From contig JAMWBK010000001.1 in the NCBI GenBank assembly GCA_029953675.1, forward strand, positions 2,604,001 through 2,668,000: DNA of 64,000 bases, in the 5' to 3' direction. This DNA is from Rhodosorus marinus CCMP1338 (taxonomy: Eukaryota; Plantae; Rhodophyta). Every line of letters starts with the position of its first letter. Within the stretch, counting starts at the first letter, position 1. The notes beneath the pieces were generated by a model that was not told where the DNA came from, made no database searches, and saw nothing but the letters and a program-made list of their open reading frames with translations. This document shows, in pieces, positions 60,461 to 64,000 of the stretch. The translations under genes and the position numbers were made by a program.

Positions 60461-63400
60461 TCACTCGCTTTCCATACTATATCCGCTCACTCGTCGACCT
60501 TCGCTCGATCCCGAGGACTCCGACTCTGGACTCCATAACGAGTCCGAAAAGTTGGAAGTCGATTCTCTGAACGAGGCCGACTCCCGGAACGAGGCCGACT
60601 CCCTGAATGAGGCCGACACTCTGAACGAGGACGATTCCCTGGACGAGTCTGGTTCCCTGGATGAGTCTGATTCCCTGGACGGGTCCGATTCCCTGATAGA
60701 GGCCGATTCCCTGAACGAAGTCGATTCCCTGAACGAAGCCGATTCCCTGAACGAAGTCGATTCCCTGAACGAAGTCGATTCCCTGAACGAAGTCGATTCC
60801 CTGAACGAAGTCGATTCCCTGAACGAAGTCGACTCACTAAAAGAGTCCCGTGGTGAGCCGCCCTCATAGCCAGAGCCCGACGAGTCCAGGATTCTTGATG
60901 AAGACTCAGCCAGGTTGGGCTTGTTGCCATTCAGATTCCTGGCAGAAACGGATCTGACCTCGCTCGAGCCCGGCGTGCTGTTTGAAGCGTCCCAGTCATA
61001 CCAACCTTCCATCAGCGAGCCAGAGGAAGAATTGGACGCAATGTTGTTTGAGCCCGTTGAGTTCCTCGGGGAAACGCTCAGGTCTCCGAAACTGGCCGTC
61101 GAACTCCGATTTGCTCCCGAGGGAGTAGCAATGGGGCTGGTATCCCAACCCGGGAACGAGAACGGCACGGCACTACCTATGCTCGCCATTGACATATTCT
61201 TGGTCTCGCTATCCGGTACTTGATTAGCGTCCCATCCTGGGAAAGAAAACGGTACGCTGGTAGCTTGTTCGTCGCCGGCCCTCTGTACAAGCGAAGAACC
61301 CGACGAGTTCGTGGTAGTGTTGATTTGAATAGATGATTGCTCCGTCTTCGAGGTGGGAGAGCCCGACTCCGGGGAATCTGGCACAGGACTCCTGAACCCG
61401 CTCAGTATACTCGTCAGGCTGTCTCGTGCCACGTTCACCTCTGCAGGAGCCAATTCCGCGGGGTCCTTCGGCCTCACAATCCCGAGAGATCCCCGACGAA
61501 GGTTCTTCAGAGCAGTTGCAGACCCGTTCTTCGAAACCTGCACAACCCTGTTCACGTTGTTGTTTATGTAGCCCTTCCGGGCTGGCAAAACAGTTAGGCA
61601 TCCATCAGAGAGGATGGAAATTTCAGGGGCGAACGCGTCCACAAGCTCTTCACGATCGCGTTCTACATAGTAGAGCGCATACTCCGGCGTCTCCTCTGTG
61701 GTTTCTGCGCAGCAGATACAATTGAAAACGTCAGCACCTACAAGTCAACGCGGAAACTGGCTATAGGTCCTCCACGTATTGAGATTTTGTGATGAACTCA
61801 CTTGGCATGAAGAAGGAAGTGTTCATGCTTTCACTGAACGCGTCATCTTCGAGCCTGCAAAGGAAAAAGTCCTTGACTATCTGCCAGGTGATTCCGGAGT
61901 ACCAAAATCCCTCGAGAATAGTCCACAAGACAAAGACCACCGCCAAGCAGATAACCACAACGTTCAGGATGAGCATCGTCTGAGACAACCACCGAGATCT
62001 AGGCGATCCAGGTACCTCCCAAGCCAGAGAGAGCTGCGAGATCAAACCAAAAAAAAGCGAAACGAGTAAGCACGCTGCGACTCTGTGACGTACGCGACCA
62101 AGGGTTCGCTTTCACGTACCTGGATACCAGATATGGCAACGTTAAGCGCTCCGATGATCATGTTCAGCAGGTTTTCAAGAACATCGTTGAAAGGAGCCAG
62201 CCACACAGCGAGCACGAACGAAAGCGTTTCCAGGGCCAGAATCAGCGACGCCTGGGCCACCGGGACCGACGGCATCGCTCCAATGACGATTCCTTCTAGC
62301 GCAATGATGACCAACTCAATTAAAAAGTAGTAGAAAAACTGGCCTTTGTACGACATGAACAGGGTCCCGAACATGGATGGAGTGTCGTCACTGGGGCTCT
62401 CCGGTTGCCATCGCCCAGAGAAGCGCCTATGCTTACGCTCTACATAGGCGTATCTAGTAATCTCTCCGTCCCGACCCCAGGTAGCATCCATACGTTCACG
62501 TTCCTCCGACCACGGCCTGTTTTGAAAAGCGTAAACAATATCACATGGTAAGCACAGGCACATTCCCACTTGACCCCTACCCGAGTCAAACGGACGTGTC
62601 GATTTCCGCTCACCCCTGAAACCATCTCCAACGGCCCGATCTCAACACGTGCCTCGAGAAGTAATGCCGGAGCCAGGAATGGTTAAGTCGAGGCCAAACT
62701 CTCTTGCACAAGATGTAGAGGACGAAAGCGGGGTAGCCAATACCAAAGATGATGAGGATTAGAATCGCACAGACAACCAGGTAGGTAGCTGTCGTTGAAG
62801 CATTGTTTAGAACCTCGGAAACACTGATGAAGATTCCCAAGTGTACCAGGTTCAGAAACATGAGCTCAACCTTGGTCATAATGCGCATGCACACGCTGTG
62901 GGCCTGACATTGACACCACAGATAAGCGGTGACGTGGGTTAGCTAATCAACGTCGAGTAACGCGCGCACATCCAAGCTTTCTGCATGGTTTCACGGCAGG
63001 CTTACCTTTCTCTTTCTCTTACGCAGCCATAAGTGAAGCACAAGATGGAGGGAGACAGCGATGCAAACGCTCAGCGAAATGTAGAAGAGCTGTCCAATGA
63101 ACAGTTCCTGAAAGTCCTGGTAACCAATCGCATCGTAGAAATTCGACACGCTTAGGAGGTCACGACTCGCGTTCTCCGGCGAACTGGCTACCTCTGTGCC
63201 CCCTGTACTCCACGGTGGGGGTGCTCGAAGCAGGTACCCCGAGGTCTGTGCGGCCACGCTCTGGTCAAGGTTTGGATAATGAAGGTTTTCACGTGAGATA
63301 GGGGCAATCAACCGATATTAAGAGAAAACTCGGAGAATCCTCAGGGCCAGAATGTGCTCGGGTTGAACGTACAATGAACGGTTCCGTGGTTCCTACGTTG

Positions 63401-64000
63401 ACCAGTCCGCGAGCCGCCAGAAATTGAACTGGTGTCACAACCTTGTTCACCGTATTAACGGCTGATGTACTCGCTACCTTCAACGGTGCCATGAGGTCAG
63501 ATGCTTGTGTAGCAGTGTCCGCTCCCATGATGACAGTGGCCGTCTGGCCACTCAGCCCGAAGACCAGAGCAATTGCAACTGTGGTTGCAATAATTGCATT
63601 GGAAAGCACTGGGACGTCTTCAACGAGGGCAGATTCTTCTCGGCTTGACTCCAGAAATTCAAGGTTGAATCCTGTAATACCGTCGAACTCCTCACTTTCC
63701 AAGCTCTGCTGGATCGTGAACAGAAGCTCATCCTCAGACCCGGCGTCCACCCAGTACCCGAGTTCAACGACAGTCGACTCCTCTGCGGTGGATTCCACGT
63801 CCGGGGCCTCAGGCTCACTTTCCTGCCTCCCCGAAAACCATCCGGCGAGCATCTGTTGCCTCGTCTGTTCTGAAGGGGGTGCGTCCGCGTCTCCAACAAA
63901 CACTTGCGTGACGCTCTCTGGGTATGCATCAACGAACGCAGTTGAGTCGGCTTGCGCAGCCAGCTGCTCAAGGAAAAATTCTACTCTTTGGAAGTAAGCA
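60461..64000 (-). CDS. Large multi-pass membrane protein with TRP-C-terminal-like (PF06011-type) helices and a Ser-rich cytoplasmic tail; 5' end outside the window
   Basis: FGTLFMSYKGQFFYYFLIELV..LAPFNDVLENLLNMII; several hydrophobic exons; long S-rich C-terminal exon 60461-61642. Confidence 0.6.
60552..60843 (-). repeat. Coding 18-bp tandem repeat (about 16 units, SFRES[T/A]/SRESDS)
   Basis: gattccctgaacgaagtc repeated on +; homogeneous block at ~60735-60830. Confidence 0.95.

Noticed and set aside
60552-60869. + strand ORF (EVDSLN)n as a separate gene
   Set aside because: Antisense shadow of the 18-bp coding repeat; the minus frame is continuous with the membrane-protein exons
1-64000. 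tRNA, rRNA, snRNA or spliced-leader genes
   Set aside because: None recognised by eye; tRNAscan-SE and Infernal/Rfam searches would be needed to exclude them

Overview
Eukaryotic nuclear DNA with short GT-AG introns and the standard genetic code. An N-terminal Phe-containing, transit-peptide-like leader on PurL and an HCF107-like HAT protein point to a primary-plastid alga, plausibly a red alga (inference). Compact blocks of conserved genes (SERAC1, PFAS/PurL, RMND5/GID2, RAE1, a Mut-7/EXD3-like nuclease, MCCC1, PFDN1, RINT1/TIP20, a HAT/TPR protein, TUG/ASPSCR1, ARL2, a TRP-C-like membrane protein) alternate with transposon islands at about 4.6-13, 40-49 and 52.6-56 kb. The islands are dominated by two families of CRE-like non-LTR retrotransposons (RT, CCHC knuckle and restriction-like endonuclease, RLE), plus a decayed Copia element with one LTR. 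Notable observations: (1) nested self-insertions of the CRE-like element with readable 7- and 10-bp TSDs and tails of (ATC)n or its reverse complement (GAT)n; (2) a near-perfect 250-bp fold-back; (3) three diverged copies sharing one frameshift, suggesting a non-autonomous lineage; (4) five IDWD-like motifs in the TUG/PUX1 orthologue; (5) an exonuclease-YbaK-Mut7C fusion; (6) a 39-bp minisatellite; (7) an exon+intron duplication in SERAC1. All calls come from manual reading. No database search was run, and exon boundaries and element ends are approximate.
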